Part shown: positions 32,609-41,843 of the stretch, one piece after another
Layout: every line of letters starts with the position of its first letter
Numbering within the stretch: position 1 is the stretch's first letter
Assembly (NCBI GenBank): GCA_965230295.1
Contig: OZ246001.1
Coordinates: forward strand, 2,464,001-2,528,000
Direction: 5' to 3'
From: Marinicella sp.
Lineage (GTDB): Bacteria > Pseudomonadota > Gammaproteobacteria > Xanthomonadales > Marinicellaceae
DNA length: 64,000 nucleotides
The notes under the pieces: generated by a model
Databases searched by the model: none
Seen by the model: only the letters and a program-made list of their open reading frames with translations
Told to the model about the DNA's origin: nothing
Translations under genes and position numbers: made by a program

Positions 32609-32852
32609 AGGACAAATTGTATTCATCGCATTGGTGTTGTTGTTGACATTATTCAATGCCATGTTGTGGTTAAATTTCATGCAAGAAGGACCGGCACCAA
32701 GGGGCGGTCGCATCATGGGATTGGTCATCATGCTCGCTGCTGGTGCCTTGCTTGCAGATAAGATCAGTAACAATCCTTATGCACCAGGTTTTATTCGGGT
32801 TGGCTGTTTCTTGGGTTTGATTGGTATGGTATTTATTTTGTCGAACCCTTAA
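32601..32852 (+). CDS. small membrane protein
   Basis: three hydrophobic segments, AGGAG SD before MSKGQ. Confidence 0.7.
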   Translation: MSKGQIVFIALVLLLTLFNAMLWLNFMQEGPAPRGGRIMGLVIMLAAGALLADKISNNPYAPGFIRVGCFLGLIGMVFILSNP

Positions 32853-32855
32853 CTG

Positions 32856-33341
32856 ATGAAAATCACTGATTTAGATTTGCAGTTAAGTTCTGCTACTGAT
32901 ACTGATCTTAGGGAAGTGTTAACGTGGTTCGATTGCGCCAAAGAATTGTTATACTGGGGTGGGCCAGATCTGACTTTCCCCCCGGAGCTTGAATCATTCA
33001 AACAGCAATCCAGATACCACAAGAGCCATTCCTTTGTGCTGCATACTTCAACAGAGGTTGTGGTGGCCTTTGGTCAATTTTATAACCGTTTGAATCATTG
33101 TCATTTAGGCAGGCTGGCAGTGGCCCCAACACATCGTGGACAAGGCATCGGCGCCGTGTTGATCGAGCGGTTAAATCAACGAGGCAAAAAGGATTTGGGC
33201 TTGCAGTCAGGCTCATTGTTTGTCCTGAATGACAATGCCCCAGCCATGCACTTGTACCAGAAATTGGGGTATCAACAAGCTCAATACCCGAAGACCATTC
33301 CATTGGAAAAATGTTTGTACATGATCAAAAAGATCCTGTGA
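32856..33341 (+). CDS. GNAT acetyltransferase
   Basis: LGRLAVAP.HRGQGIG, N..A..LY.KLGY. Confidence 0.9.
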   Translation: MKITDLDLQLSSATDTDLREVLTWFDCAKELLYWGGPDLTFPPELESFKQQSRYHKSHSFVLHTSTEVVVAFGQFYNRLNHCHLGRLAVAPTHRGQGIGAVLIERLNQRGKKDLGLQSGSLFVLNDNAPAMHLYQKLGYQQAQYPKTIPLEKCLYMIKKIL

Positions 33342-33416
33342 TCCCACATTAACTGTGGCTGTTGGTCGTCACATTGATTAAACTGTTTGTTATTAGAGAC
33401 CACTACTTATCCACTC

Positions 33417-34331
33417 ATGTCTGCAGAACCGAACCAAACATCCGTCAATGCCGCGTTGTTCAAGGCCATCGCTTTGATGCTGTTGGCAGCCCTGGGTTTC
33501 AGTTTCATGAATGTTTTGATTCGCTGGACATCCAGTGAATTGCACGCCTTCCAAATTGCTTTTTTCCGCAACTTGTTTGGTTTGGTTTTTATGTTGCCTT
33601 GGTTGATCAGCAACGGTTACCGTTCTTTCAAAACCCAACGGTTGAAGTTGTTTTTCATCCGCGCATTGCTGGGCATCAGTGCCATGTATTGTTATTTTTG
33701 GGGCATCACTGTTTTACCCTTGGCCAAAGCCGTGGCTTTGAGTTTTACCGTGCCATTATTTGTGACCATTGGTGCTGCTGTTGTGTTGCGTGAGCAGGTG
33801 CATGTACGCCGGTGGATTGCTGTATTGATCGGGTTCATTGGCACCTTGATTATCCTTCGTCCCAGTATCGATGGAGACATGTTTGCTTCCTTGGTGGTGG
33901 TGGCATCGTCCATACTGATGGCGGCATCGGTGCTGATCATCAAGAGTTTGTCCAGAACCGAAGATGCCAATGTCATTGTTATGTACATGGTTTTATTGAT
34001 GACGCCGTTGTCGTTGCCGGTGGCAGTCTATGTCTGGCAATGGCCTTCCTGGGAAATTTGGTTGGGGGTCATTGTGATGGGTTTCCTCGGCAGTTTTGCT
34101 CACCTGATGTTCACTTCATCACTGAAAATGTCAGATGTGTCCATCATCATGCCGTTTGATTTTGCACGCTTGCCTTTCATCATAGTCATGGCTTGGGTGT
34201 TTTTTGATCAGTCTGTGGATCAGTGGACGGTCATTGGTGCGGCCATAGTTTTTGCTTCAGGCATTTATATTGCCCATCGGGAGGCCCAACTTAATAAAAG
34301 GCGTGCCATGCAGCCTAAAGTCACATCATGA
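33417..34331 (+). CDS. DMT (EamA) family transporter
   Basis: about 10 TM helices; FFR, PLF, LREQV..RRW, ILRP. Confidence 0.9.
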   Translation: MSAEPNQTSVNAALFKAIALMLLAALGFSFMNVLIRWTSSELHAFQIAFFRNLFGLVFMLPWLISNGYRSFKTQRLKLFFIRALLGISAMYCYFWGITVLPLAKAVALSFTVPLFVTIGAAVVLREQVHVRRWIAVLIGFIGTLIILRPSIDGDMFASLVVVASSILMAASVLIIKSLSRTEDANVIVMYMVLLMTPLSLPVAVYVWQWPSWEIWLGVIVMGFLGSFAHLMFTSSLKMSDVSIIMPFDFARLPFIIVMAWVFFDQSVDQWTVIGAAIVFASGIYIAHREAQLNKRRAMQPKVTS

Positions 34332-34573
34332 AATTCGACCAAAAACAACAGCAGGAATTTCTCAAAGCTTTGTGTCAGACCATGCCGTTTGGTAAATACC
34401 AGGGTAGGCAATTGATGGACTTGCCAGGTCATTATTTGGCTTGGTTCCATCGACAAGGGTTCCCAAATAATCAGCTGGGCCGGCAATTGGCCTTGGTTTT
34501 TGAATTAGATCACAATGGCTTGTTGGGCCAATTGCGTCAACAGCTGAAAAAATCTGCGCAGCATCCGGAATGA
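34328..34573 (+). CDS. DUF3820 family protein
   Basis: MPFGKYQGR.L.DLP..YL.WF...GFP. Confidence 0.88.
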   Translation: MKFDQKQQQEFLKALCQTMPFGKYQGRQLMDLPGHYLAWFHRQGFPNNQLGRQLALVFELDHNGLLGQLRQQLKKSAQHPE

Positions 34574-34580
34574 TTGTCAG

Positions 34581-35165
34581 ATGAAGGCTTTGTTACACAA
34601 GATCGGACAATGTGATACCTGTAAACCACATTTGGTCGACGGGGTCAGGCCAGTGGTTCGTGCCAGTGCCAACAGTCAAATCCTGGTCATTGGTCAGGCT
34701 CCAGGTCGAAAAGTACATGATACGGGTGTCCCTTGGAATGACCCAAGTGGTGTACAATTGCGCCAGTGGTTGGGTGTCAGCGATGAGCAGTTTTATGACA
34801 CCAATTTGTTTGCTTTGATGCCGATGGGTTTTTGTTACCCAGGAAAAGGCAAAAGTGGCGATTTACCGCCGCGTCCAGAGTGTGCCCCTCAATGGCATCA
34901 TCAATTGTTAGAGGAAATGCCTCATATTGAATTGACCCTGTTGATTGGTTTGTATGCACAACAGCATTATTTGCCGACCAGCTACCCAACTTTGACTGAA
35001 ACAGTCAGGCAGCATGAGCTTTTTTTACCAACACAACTGCCGTTGCCACACCCTTCACCCAGGAACAGAATCTGGCAAAAGAAAAACCCATGGTTTGTGA
35101 CTGAAGTGGTGCCAAAGTTGCGGGACCGAGTGGCGGTTATTCTGTCGAGTGAGCGCGAGATTTAA
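34581..35165 (+). CDS. uracil-DNA glycosylase superfamily protein
   Basis: GQAPG, W.D.SG..LR.W, GFCYPG, PHPSPRN. Confidence 0.92.
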   Translation: MKALLHKIGQCDTCKPHLVDGVRPVVRASANSQILVIGQAPGRKVHDTGVPWNDPSGVQLRQWLGVSDEQFYDTNLFALMPMGFCYPGKGKSGDLPPRPECAPQWHHQLLEEMPHIELTLLIGLYAQQHYLPTSYPTLTETVRQHELFLPTQLPLPHPSPRNRIWQKKNPWFVTEVVPKLRDRVAVILSSEREI

Positions 35166-35418
35166 CCAGTTTAAGGTGTTTGATCATCAGTTTGTATAAA
35201 ACACCAATCCCCAAAGCAATGATCAAATAACAAGCGATGAAAGCCATGACATAAATCCAGGTTCCAGAGTGGTTTAACTGGGTCAAAATATTGGTGGTCA
35301 TGATCAGGCCATAAACCAATACCATGGCCATCAACAACACAGTAAGCAAACAAAACAGTAGGTGCAACAATCGATGGTGTATTGGTAATTGATTGGTTTG
35401 AACGTGGTTTTTGTTCAT
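35137..35418 (-). CDS. small two-TM membrane protein
   Basis: 93 aa with two hydrophobic helices. Confidence 0.6.
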   Translation of the reverse strand: MNKNHVQTNQLPIHHRLLHLLFCLLTVLLMAMVLVYGLIMTTNILTQLNHSGTWIYVMAFIACYLIIALGIGVLYKLMIKHLKLVKSRAHSTE

Positions 35419-35425
35419 ATGAAAA

Positions 35426-35611
35426 CTACTTCGCTTTGTATTTCAGGTGGGTGGTGTTCTGTGCTTTCAACTCACTCCTGTGAGCACGGCGTCGCAATAA
35501 GCGGCCAATTCTGAAGCCGGCCGGATTGGCTTTGAAAGCACGCCAATCGACCATTTCTTTGGCAGTGGTCCGGTCCTTAACCATAAATAACGATTTAATA
35601 AATAACCACAT
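35426..35611 (-). CDS. small basic hypothetical protein
   Basis: 61 aa, GAGGAG SD upstream, co-oriented with the next ORF. Confidence 0.55.
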   Translation of the reverse strand: MWLFIKSLFMVKDRTTAKEMVDWRAFKANPAGFRIGRLLRRRAHRSELKAQNTTHLKYKAK

Positions 35612-35644
35612 CTACTTAATTCTCCTCATTCTCGAATGATACCT

Positions 35645-36016
35645 TCAACGAGCTTTTCATTAAGGCTTCTTGACTGCGTCAAACCGCCATATTGAAAAAC
35701 TCTTCTGAAACGGCTTTGTGTTTATATTGATTTCGTGCTTCAGCTTTTATCTCCTCACTTTCTTTTGAAATTTTCATCAAGGTTTCTTGACTTCGTCAAA
35801 CCGCCTTACTGAAATAGCCTTCTGTTACAGCTTGGTACTTAAAAGCATTTCGCACTAAGCTTTGTTTTCCTCGTCTTCTGATTTTTTTGACTATCGAAAT
35901 ACACTTTCAACGGGCCTTTAACCGAGGCTTCTTGACTCTGTCAAACCGCCTCAGTTAAAGCCTCTTCTGAAACGGCTTGGTGTTTAAATAGATCTCGTTT
36001 TCTCAGTTTGTTGACC
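35645..36016. repeat. three tandem copies of a ~100-bp structured repeat
   Basis: core GGYTTCTTGACNNNGTCAAACCGCC at 35664, 35781 and 35926, followed by a conserved TCTG..AC.GCTT.GT tail. Confidence 0.85.
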
Positions 36017-36077
36017 TATTAATTAAAATAGCATTTTGCTTGGATAAATGGCAGTGCCAGAAGTTGTGTTTGCACGA

Positions 36078-36518
36078 TCAGTTGGTGCATTGGGCTAATG
36101 ATCTGAGGTACCAGGGTTTTGATGACATTTCGATCTTGGCTGCAGCTAGTTTGGCATCAATGAACGGGCTTAATGCTTCCATATCGTGGACAACTTTGGT
36201 ACAAATGACAGAGGTTGCTAACATGGTGAGGGTGAAAAACACTGCGAATTTACGCTTTGGTGCCTTGTGCAAGGTCAATTTGAATAAGTCAATCAAAGCC
36301 CACAACAGGCACAGCAGAAATATCACAAACAAGGCTTGAAACATGGATAAACCCCATGAGTTCTCAGTTAGCCAGTAATTGGCATGGCCTATACATTTGT
36401 CGCCAGCCAATAAACCAAAATGATGAATCCAGTTGAAAGACAAAATTGTAGTCAACAGCACCACAAACAATGTCCAGTTAACAGGCGTTGGTTTAAGTTC
36501 TTCCTTGCGTCTTCTCAT
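36078..36518 (-). CDS. membrane hypothetical protein
   Basis: three hydrophobic segments; start uncertain; flanked by a 20-bp direct repeat. Confidence 0.6.
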   Translation of the reverse strand: MRRRKEELKPTPVNWTLFVVLLTTILSFNWIHHFGLLAGDKCIGHANYWLTENSWGLSMFQALFVIFLLCLLWALIDLFKLTLHKAPKRKFAVFFTLTMLATSVICTKVVHDMEALSPFIDAKLAAAKIEMSSKPWYLRSLAQCTN

Positions 36519-36649
36519 GATGGAAATTCTCAATGCATTTACTCCCTGTAAATTCAGCAAAACTAATTCACCCTTAAGTATATCAAATCAGGATTTTTTA
36601 TTGAGTGCCAGAAGTTGTGTTTGAAGCTTGTTATTCCTGTGTTATCGCC

Positions 36650-36671
36650 ATTCCCTCGAAGGCGGGAACCT
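36650..36671. repeat. REP-like palindrome (ATTCCC-N8-GGGAA type)
   Basis: CATTCCCTCGAAGGCGGGAACC. Confidence 0.45.
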
Positions 36672-36779
36672 ATTCCAAACTGTTGACACCCCCTCCATAA
36701 ACAGTCACACGACTGAATTTTTATGTAATGAAAAAACAACTTTCAAGTTCTAATTTGAATAGATAACTGGGAGCCAACC

Positions 36780-37550
36780 ATGAAAAAATTACCGTTGATC
36801 TGTTTATTTGTTACTGGCTGGGTACAGGCCGAGACCTTTGATGTATTCATCAATAACTTTACCTTTAGTCCCAATAATTTAGAAATTGAAGTGGGCGACA
36901 CGGTTCGTTGGACCAACAACCAGGGTTTTCATGACGTGGTTGATGATGCCGGCCAGTTCAGATCAGGGCCAGCATCAGCGACCGCTTTTGTGTTCGAAAG
37001 AACCTTCAACAGCGTCGAAGAAATTCGTTACCATTGTTCGGTTCATTCAGGTCCAGGTAGAGACATCAACAGTAACATGAATGGTCGTATTAATGTGGTT
37101 GAAGCCCAGGTGGTCGAGCCAACTTTCAATATCAATCAAGGCATTTCGGGCAGTTGGTTTTTTCCTGACACCAACGGTTCGGGATTTCTGATCGATGTCA
37201 GACCGGCTGATCAATTCATGTTTGCGGCTTGGTTCACCCATGACTTCACAGATGATGGCAGGCCCGATGAAGACAATGGTACCCGATGGTTCACCATGTC
37301 TGGAACATATGCCAACGACACAGCCAATTTAACCTTGATAGAAACCGCAGGTGGGTTGTTTGACAGCGGCCAGGTTGTGACCAATTCAGCGGCTGGCACA
37401 CTGACTTTCCAATTCACCGATTGCAGCAATGGCACAGTCAGTTATGAATTCACCGATGGTTCAGAACTGGCCGGCAACTTCCCCATACAAAGGGCTGTAC
37501 CAGGAACCGAAAGCTTGTGCGAGTCTCTGGTCGTCAGTGCTCAAGAATAA
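36780..37550 (+). CDS. secreted cupredoxin (plastocyanin-like) with C-terminal beta domain
   Basis: signal peptide, F.P..L.I.VGDTV.W.N, ligands H...C-x2-H-x10-M (YHCSVH...MNGRI). Confidence 0.85.
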   Translation: MKKLPLICLFVTGWVQAETFDVFINNFTFSPNNLEIEVGDTVRWTNNQGFHDVVDDAGQFRSGPASATAFVFERTFNSVEEIRYHCSVHSGPGRDINSNMNGRINVVEAQVVEPTFNINQGISGSWFFPDTNGSGFLIDVRPADQFMFAAWFTHDFTDDGRPDEDNGTRWFTMSGTYANDTANLTLIETAGGLFDSGQVVTNSAAGTLTFQFTDCSNGTVSYEFTDGSELAGNFPIQRAVPGTESLCESLVVSAQE

Positions 37551-37652
37551 TGTGAACTGATATGGGGGCTGCTCAGCAGCTTTCCAATGATAAGTCATTT
37601 CATTGACGGTTCAATTTCGGTTTTGAGTTCATTGATCATTGTCTTTAAATTA

Positions 37653-37713
37653 TATTTAACCAAATGGTTGAATAGTCTGTGTTTCTAAGTATAATTCAAC
37701 CAATCGGTTAAAT
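37653..37713. promoter_or_regulatory. two palindromic operators for the ArsR regulator
   Basis: TATTTAACCAAATGGTTGAATA (37653-37674) and ATTCAACCAATCGGTTAAAT (37694-37713) directly upstream of the ArsR gene. Confidence 0.75.
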
Positions 37714-37729
37714 ATTATTCAAATAATTC

Positions 37730-38065
37730 ATGGCAAAGAAAACTCATTTGGATCATGTGTTTATGGCATTGGCCGACAAAACAAGACGTGATTTGGTTCA
37801 CTCACTGGCGGATTCCGAGATGACCATAAGTCAACTGGCAGAGGGGTTTGATATGTCATTGGCAGCAGTATCGAAGCACATCAAAGTGTTGGAAAAAGCC
37901 AAGCTTGTGAATCGCCGAATTGAAGGGCGTATTCATTACATCAAATTGGTTCCTGAGCAATTAACAGGGGCATTAGATTGGATCACCATTTACCAGAATT
38001 TTTGGGGAAATAGGTTAGATCAATTATCAAAAGTCATAGATCAAGAAGAGGATAAAAATGATTAA
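37730..38065 (+). CDS. ArsR/SmtB family regulator
   Basis: F.ALAD.TRR, S..AVSKH.KVLE.A.LV, W..RLD.L. Confidence 0.93.
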   Translation: MAKKTHLDHVFMALADKTRRDLVHSLADSEMTISQLAEGFDMSLAAVSKHIKVLEKAKLVNRRIEGRIHYIKLVPEQLTGALDWITIYQNFWGNRLDQLSKVIDQEEDKND

Positions 38066-38477
38066 GTTAAACATCAAAGAAGAATTCAACACCTCTGTAG
38101 AAAAGTTATATACAGCCTGGAGTAACGAGGAATTAGTGAAGCGGTGGTTTGGCCCGGCGGATGACATGATTGTTCCAGAAGCCAAGTTGGATGTGGTTGA
38201 AGGCGGCCACTATCGGATTGTCATAGAGAACAGTGCAGGGGAACAGTTTATAGTCGGAGGCACCTATAAGGAAGTGATCCCAAATAAACGTTTGGTTTTT
38301 AGTTGGCAATGGGAAAACAGTCCAGTCATAACAACAGTGGAATTGAATTTTACCGCTTTGTCAGACCAGCGATCTGCACTTGAATTGATCCACACTGAAT
38401 TTGAGGATCAAGAAAGCTGTGATCATCATATGCAGGGATGGGGTGGTTGTATCGCTAAGTTGCCAAAGGTATTTTGA
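38058..38477 (+). CDS. SRPBCC/AHSA1 domain protein
   Basis: AW......WFGP, GG.YRI, RLVFSW.W, H..GW; usual ArsR partner. Confidence 0.9.
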   Translation: MIKLNIKEEFNTSVEKLYTAWSNEELVKRWFGPADDMIVPEAKLDVVEGGHYRIVIENSAGEQFIVGGTYKEVIPNKRLVFSWQWENSPVITTVELNFTALSDQRSALELIHTEFEDQESCDHHMQGWGGCIAKLPKVF

Positions 38478-38505
38478 GAGAACAATTCAACAAGAGGAAT
38501 CAACA

Positions 38506-38889
38506 ATGAAATATTCAATAATTTTAATTTTAGTGGCTTTGCTTCAATACATTTATTTCACTTTTAGAGTCGGGTTAAGCCGCGGTAAATATGAAATTCA
38601 CGCACCAAAAACTGTGGGTCATGAAATCTGGGAAAGGATGTACCGGGTCCAACAAAACACACTTGAACAGTTAATCATTTACATCCCCGGAATGGTTTTG
38701 TTTTCAATGTATGTCAGCGAAAAATGGGTGGTTATTCCCGGGGTGCTTTATATCATAGGTCGTGTTGTCTATTCATACCTATACATCGCAAACCCAGAGA
38801 AACGAGCGCCTGGAGTTTTTCTGAGTTTTTTCAGCAACATCGCCCTGGTGGTAGGTGCTTTAATTGGTGTGATCCTTTCTTTACAGTAA
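38506..38889 (+). CDS. MAPEG family protein
   Basis: R.KY.I.AP, ER.YRVQQNTLEQ; GAGGA SD. Confidence 0.9.
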   Translation: MKYSIILILVALLQYIYFTFRVGLSRGKYEIHAPKTVGHEIWERMYRVQQNTLEQLIIYIPGMVLFSMYVSEKWVVIPGVLYIIGRVVYSYLYIANPEKRAPGVFLSFFSNIALVVGALIGVILSLQ

Positions 38890-38913
38890 AAGCCATTCAA
38901 TTGCTTTCGTACC

Positions 38914-38951
38914 GCAAGTAGGTTGGGCTGAGCTTTGCGATGTCCAACATG
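38914..38951. repeat. GTAG-type REP element, copy 1
   Basis: GCAAGTAGGTTGGGCTGAGCTTTGCGATGTCCAACATG. Confidence 0.8.
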
Positions 38952-39106
38952 TAGGTGTTTAGATGAATTGTTACCAGCAGATAGGCAAAGTGATCGGGCT
39001 TTTTATGGGTTTGAAAAACTTAGGTTTGTAACGAGATAAATCTATTGACCGACAATATTTGATTCAGTCAACGATCCTTTGTGATTTACATTAAGTGGGT
39101 TAGGCT

Positions 39107-39418
39107 TCAGTCGTGATTGCCTCGTATATGACTTACAAATCTGTATATTGCGATTGCGCCGCCATCAATTATTGCCCCGGCGAAGAACCCAAAAATCAAG
39201 CTTGGTAAAAATACATCGCCACTGCTTTCAAACCAGAGTAAGCCATTGTTAAATTTGAATAACAGTTGAGCAACTACAACAGAAATCATCATGCTCACAA
39301 TAATGGCTATGAATTGGAACAGGTTATCTTTCTTTCGAACATTAACCCCAGTGATGTTATCTGAAACCATATTGTAAATATGTTTTCCAGTCATTTGCTG
39401 GTCCTTATTCTGACTCAT
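39107..39418 (-). CDS. membrane hypothetical protein
   Basis: two TM helices, YN.VSD.ITGVNVRKKDNLFQ. Confidence 0.7.
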   Translation of the reverse strand: MSQNKDQQMTGKHIYNMVSDNITGVNVRKKDNLFQFIAIIVSMMISVVVAQLLFKFNNGLLWFESSGDVFLPSLIFGFFAGAIIDGGAIAIYRFVSHIRGNHD

Positions 39419-39674
39419 GGGTTTTCTTATTAGTTGAACCAAACATACTTTTATCCTTAAACCAGTAAGGTGCTTTTCCTTTGAAAGCAGTGTAACAAAA
39501 TAGGTAACTTGCACATCCAACGAAGGGTGTAACAAAAAGTAAATATGCATTACCTTCGGCCAGTATTGTATAGAGTTGTGACTTAAATGCCATAAAGAAA
39601 ATCAAACCAGATAGGCCAAAAAAAATGCGGTCAAACACCGAGTACTGTTTGTTGATATATCCTTTGTCGTTCAT
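39405..39674 (-). CDS. membrane hypothetical protein
   Basis: two TM helices, overlaps the next ORF; start uncertain. Confidence 0.55.
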   Translation of the reverse strand: MNDKGYINKQYSVFDRIFFGLSGLIFFMAFKSQLYTILAEGNAYLLFVTPFVGCASYLFCYTAFKGKAPYWFKDKSMFGSTNKKTHESE

Positions 39675-39795
39675 CTCAACCCTATGTAATACGATATCAA
39701 TAAACATATCACAACGATGGTTGGTTCGTAAGTGATAGAAGTAATACTGCGATGGCAAAAATTAAATACCACGTCTCATAATCAATTTTCCTTCA

Positions 39796-39833
39796 GCAAG
39801 TAGGTTGGGCTGAGCATTGCGATGCCCAACATG
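39796..39833. repeat. GTAG-type REP element, copy 2
   Basis: 36/38 identical to 38914-38951. Confidence 0.8.
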
Positions 39834-39867
39834 ACGATGTTTGGCTTTTCTGGTGAGATTTTTCTAT

Positions 39868-39887
39868 AGATGGTGCCCGGGGACGGA
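39868..39887. repeat. att core, distal copy (duplicated tRNA-Leu 3' end)
   Basis: identical to 48533-48552. Confidence 0.95.
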
Positions 39888-40101
39888 TAGTAACAGATTT
39901 GTAACTTATTGATATATATTAATAATAATTACATAGATGAAATGTTACCAACATAATTACCAACATTAACACAAAGTGACCGGTCTTTCTATGTGTTCGA
40001 GAATTTCAGTTTTTTTGATGCATTAAAACGAATGATTGTCTTTTATTGTTCGTGAAAACAATTGTAATAATGAGAAGGAATTTGTATGAAACTTGATTAA
40101 T

Positions 40102-40731
40102 TCATTCTGAAGTTGTGTCTTGTTGATTCTTCTTATTAGTTTTAATTTTCTTTTTCAGGTCCTTAAAGAGTGTATTATGAAATTTCAATATATCATGGCC
40201 TGATTTAATATGTTTTCTAATATTCTTCAATTCTCCTTTAATTTGTTTGTTGTTATAGTCAATTGAATTAGATTCCATTATTTTTTTAATTCTATCGATA
40301 GATAATTCTAGTTGTTTTTTTGAGTTAGCATGAGCAAACTCTCTTGCTCCAACAAGCTCAAAGTAAAGCTCAGAAGTTTTATCATCACTTTTACAATTTA
40401 ATGCTAGCACCACTGAAGAATATCCCCTTGCATAATGTTTAGATCTTTTTACTTCTTGTATGTACTCTTTTTTTACATCTATTAGTTTGTCATCTACTAT
40501 TTTTTTTAATTCTACTTGCAACTTCTTGATCTCATGATTGTTTAGTTTCCATTGAATAATTTGAATTACAATTGGCATCACAACTCCCATCAATGCAAAC
40601 ATTGTTACAGTCATTGTAAATAAACTGCTAAATGATTCTGAATAAAAAGTGTGTACTGTGTTTAATATTTCTAGAGAGCTTACATCTTGGTTGGGTTTTC
40701 CAATCACTTCATTAAACATTTGCTTTTCCAT
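40102..40731 (-). CDS. island cargo: single-TM protein with coiled/helical C-terminus
   Basis: AT-rich ORF, TM 'LFTMTVTMFALMGVVMPIVIQII', Lys-rich helical tail; start taken at MEKQ. Confidence 0.7.
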   Translation of the reverse strand: MEKQMFNEVIGKPNQDVSSLEILNTVHTFYSESFSSLFTMTVTMFALMGVVMPIVIQIIQWKLNNHEIKKLQVELKKIVDDKLIDVKKEYIQEVKRSKHYARGYSSVVLALNCKSDDKTSELYFELVGAREFAHANSKKQLELSIDRIKKIMESNSIDYNNKQIKGELKNIRKHIKSGHDILKFHNTLFKDLKKKIKTNKKNQQDTTSE

Positions 40732-40886
40732 TTTCAATAAATTAACTTGTAGATAAGGATATAACATCATTGTTGCAATAGGTATAAAAAATGATATCAA
40801 ATTGAAACTGGCTTGCCAGATGGGGAGTAATATCAACCACTAACAATAATGTGGCAAATTTCCAACAACTAAAGTACGTAGCCATT

Positions 40887-41843
40887 ATGGATGAAGAACC
40901 AATATTACTAATTTCAAAATATTATGACATTAAATCTAAAGAATTAATTGCGAAACCCGAGTGGGCAAAATTTGCAAAATCTGCCGAGAAGGTTAGTACT
41001 TTGATTCACAATGACGATGCTAGATCAGATATTAGATTTAATGCGATACACTGGGCATTAGATGTTATTAGTCTTTGTCGTCAAATTTGTTATGGGAACT
41101 GTTGGCTGGGTGCTTACTCAGGTTTTTATAAAGATCATGTAAAAAAAGGAGATTTGCCATCTAATGTTGATTTTCATACCACTTATCATGTTGATAATAC
41201 AATCACTCGAATTAGTTCGGTTAGGGATAAATTAGGACTCATGATATGGGCATATTATTGTGCTTTTAATCCAGAGAAAAGAAAAGAAGTACTAATTTAT
41301 AAAGAAGTTTACGACAGGATGAAACATCCTTCCAAGTATGAAATAAACTCTAAAATACCCAATGTTTTCATAGAAAGTTTAGAAAGGCTCAATGAAAGTA
41401 GTTTTGTCAACTTGATAAATTACAGGCATGCAAAAATTCACAGACTTGAACCAAGGGTAGAAATTTATGGTGTGGAAAAACATCATGGCTTACCTTACAA
41501 AGTTCAATTAAAAACTGAAGAAGAAATTGAAGCGTTTAGAAAGAGTATAAAAGAAAAATTTGGAACTAGTAAGGCAGGTGGTTTTACTCAAGAGGATATT
41601 GAAGCTGGGGTACAAGCAAAATTTATCAGAATGGGCTGGGAACAAGTTGAAGAAAGTTGCACGATAGATGGTGTGATTTATGATGATATTAAACCAAAGT
41701 TAAAGTATTGGAGCTTTGGTGAAATTGAAAGCGAGATAAATATTGTACTACCCACAATTTTAGAGGTTTGCACAAAATGTTTTGAAACACTGTTAGGTTT
41801 AGAACCATTTATCGATTCCAAATCACAGGAGTTGAATAAATGA
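40887..41843 (+). CDS. island cargo: HEPN-like protein (Cthe_2314-like)
   Basis: R-x4-H motif (YRHAKIH) preceded by helix DNTITRISSVRDKL; start may be 40851. Confidence 0.65.
   Translation: MDEEPILLISKYYDIKSKELIAKPEWAKFAKSAEKVSTLIHNDDARSDIRFNAIHWALDVISLCRQICYGNCWLGAYSGFYKDHVKKGDLPSNVDFHTTYHVDNTITRISSVRDKLGLMIWAYYCAFNPEKRKEVLIYKEVYDRMKHPSKYEINSKIPNVFIESLERLNESSFVNLINYRHAKIHRLEPRVEIYGVEKHHGLPYKVQLKTEEEIEAFRKSIKEKFGTSKAGGFTQEDIEAGVQAKFIRMGWEQVEESCTIDGVIYDDIKPKLKYWSFGEIESEINIVLPTILEVCTKCFETLLGLEPFIDSKSQELNK

Noticed and set aside
35640-39840. Integron cassette array
   Set aside because: No IntI gene is present and the repeats lack the RYYYAAC...GTTRRRY attC architecture.
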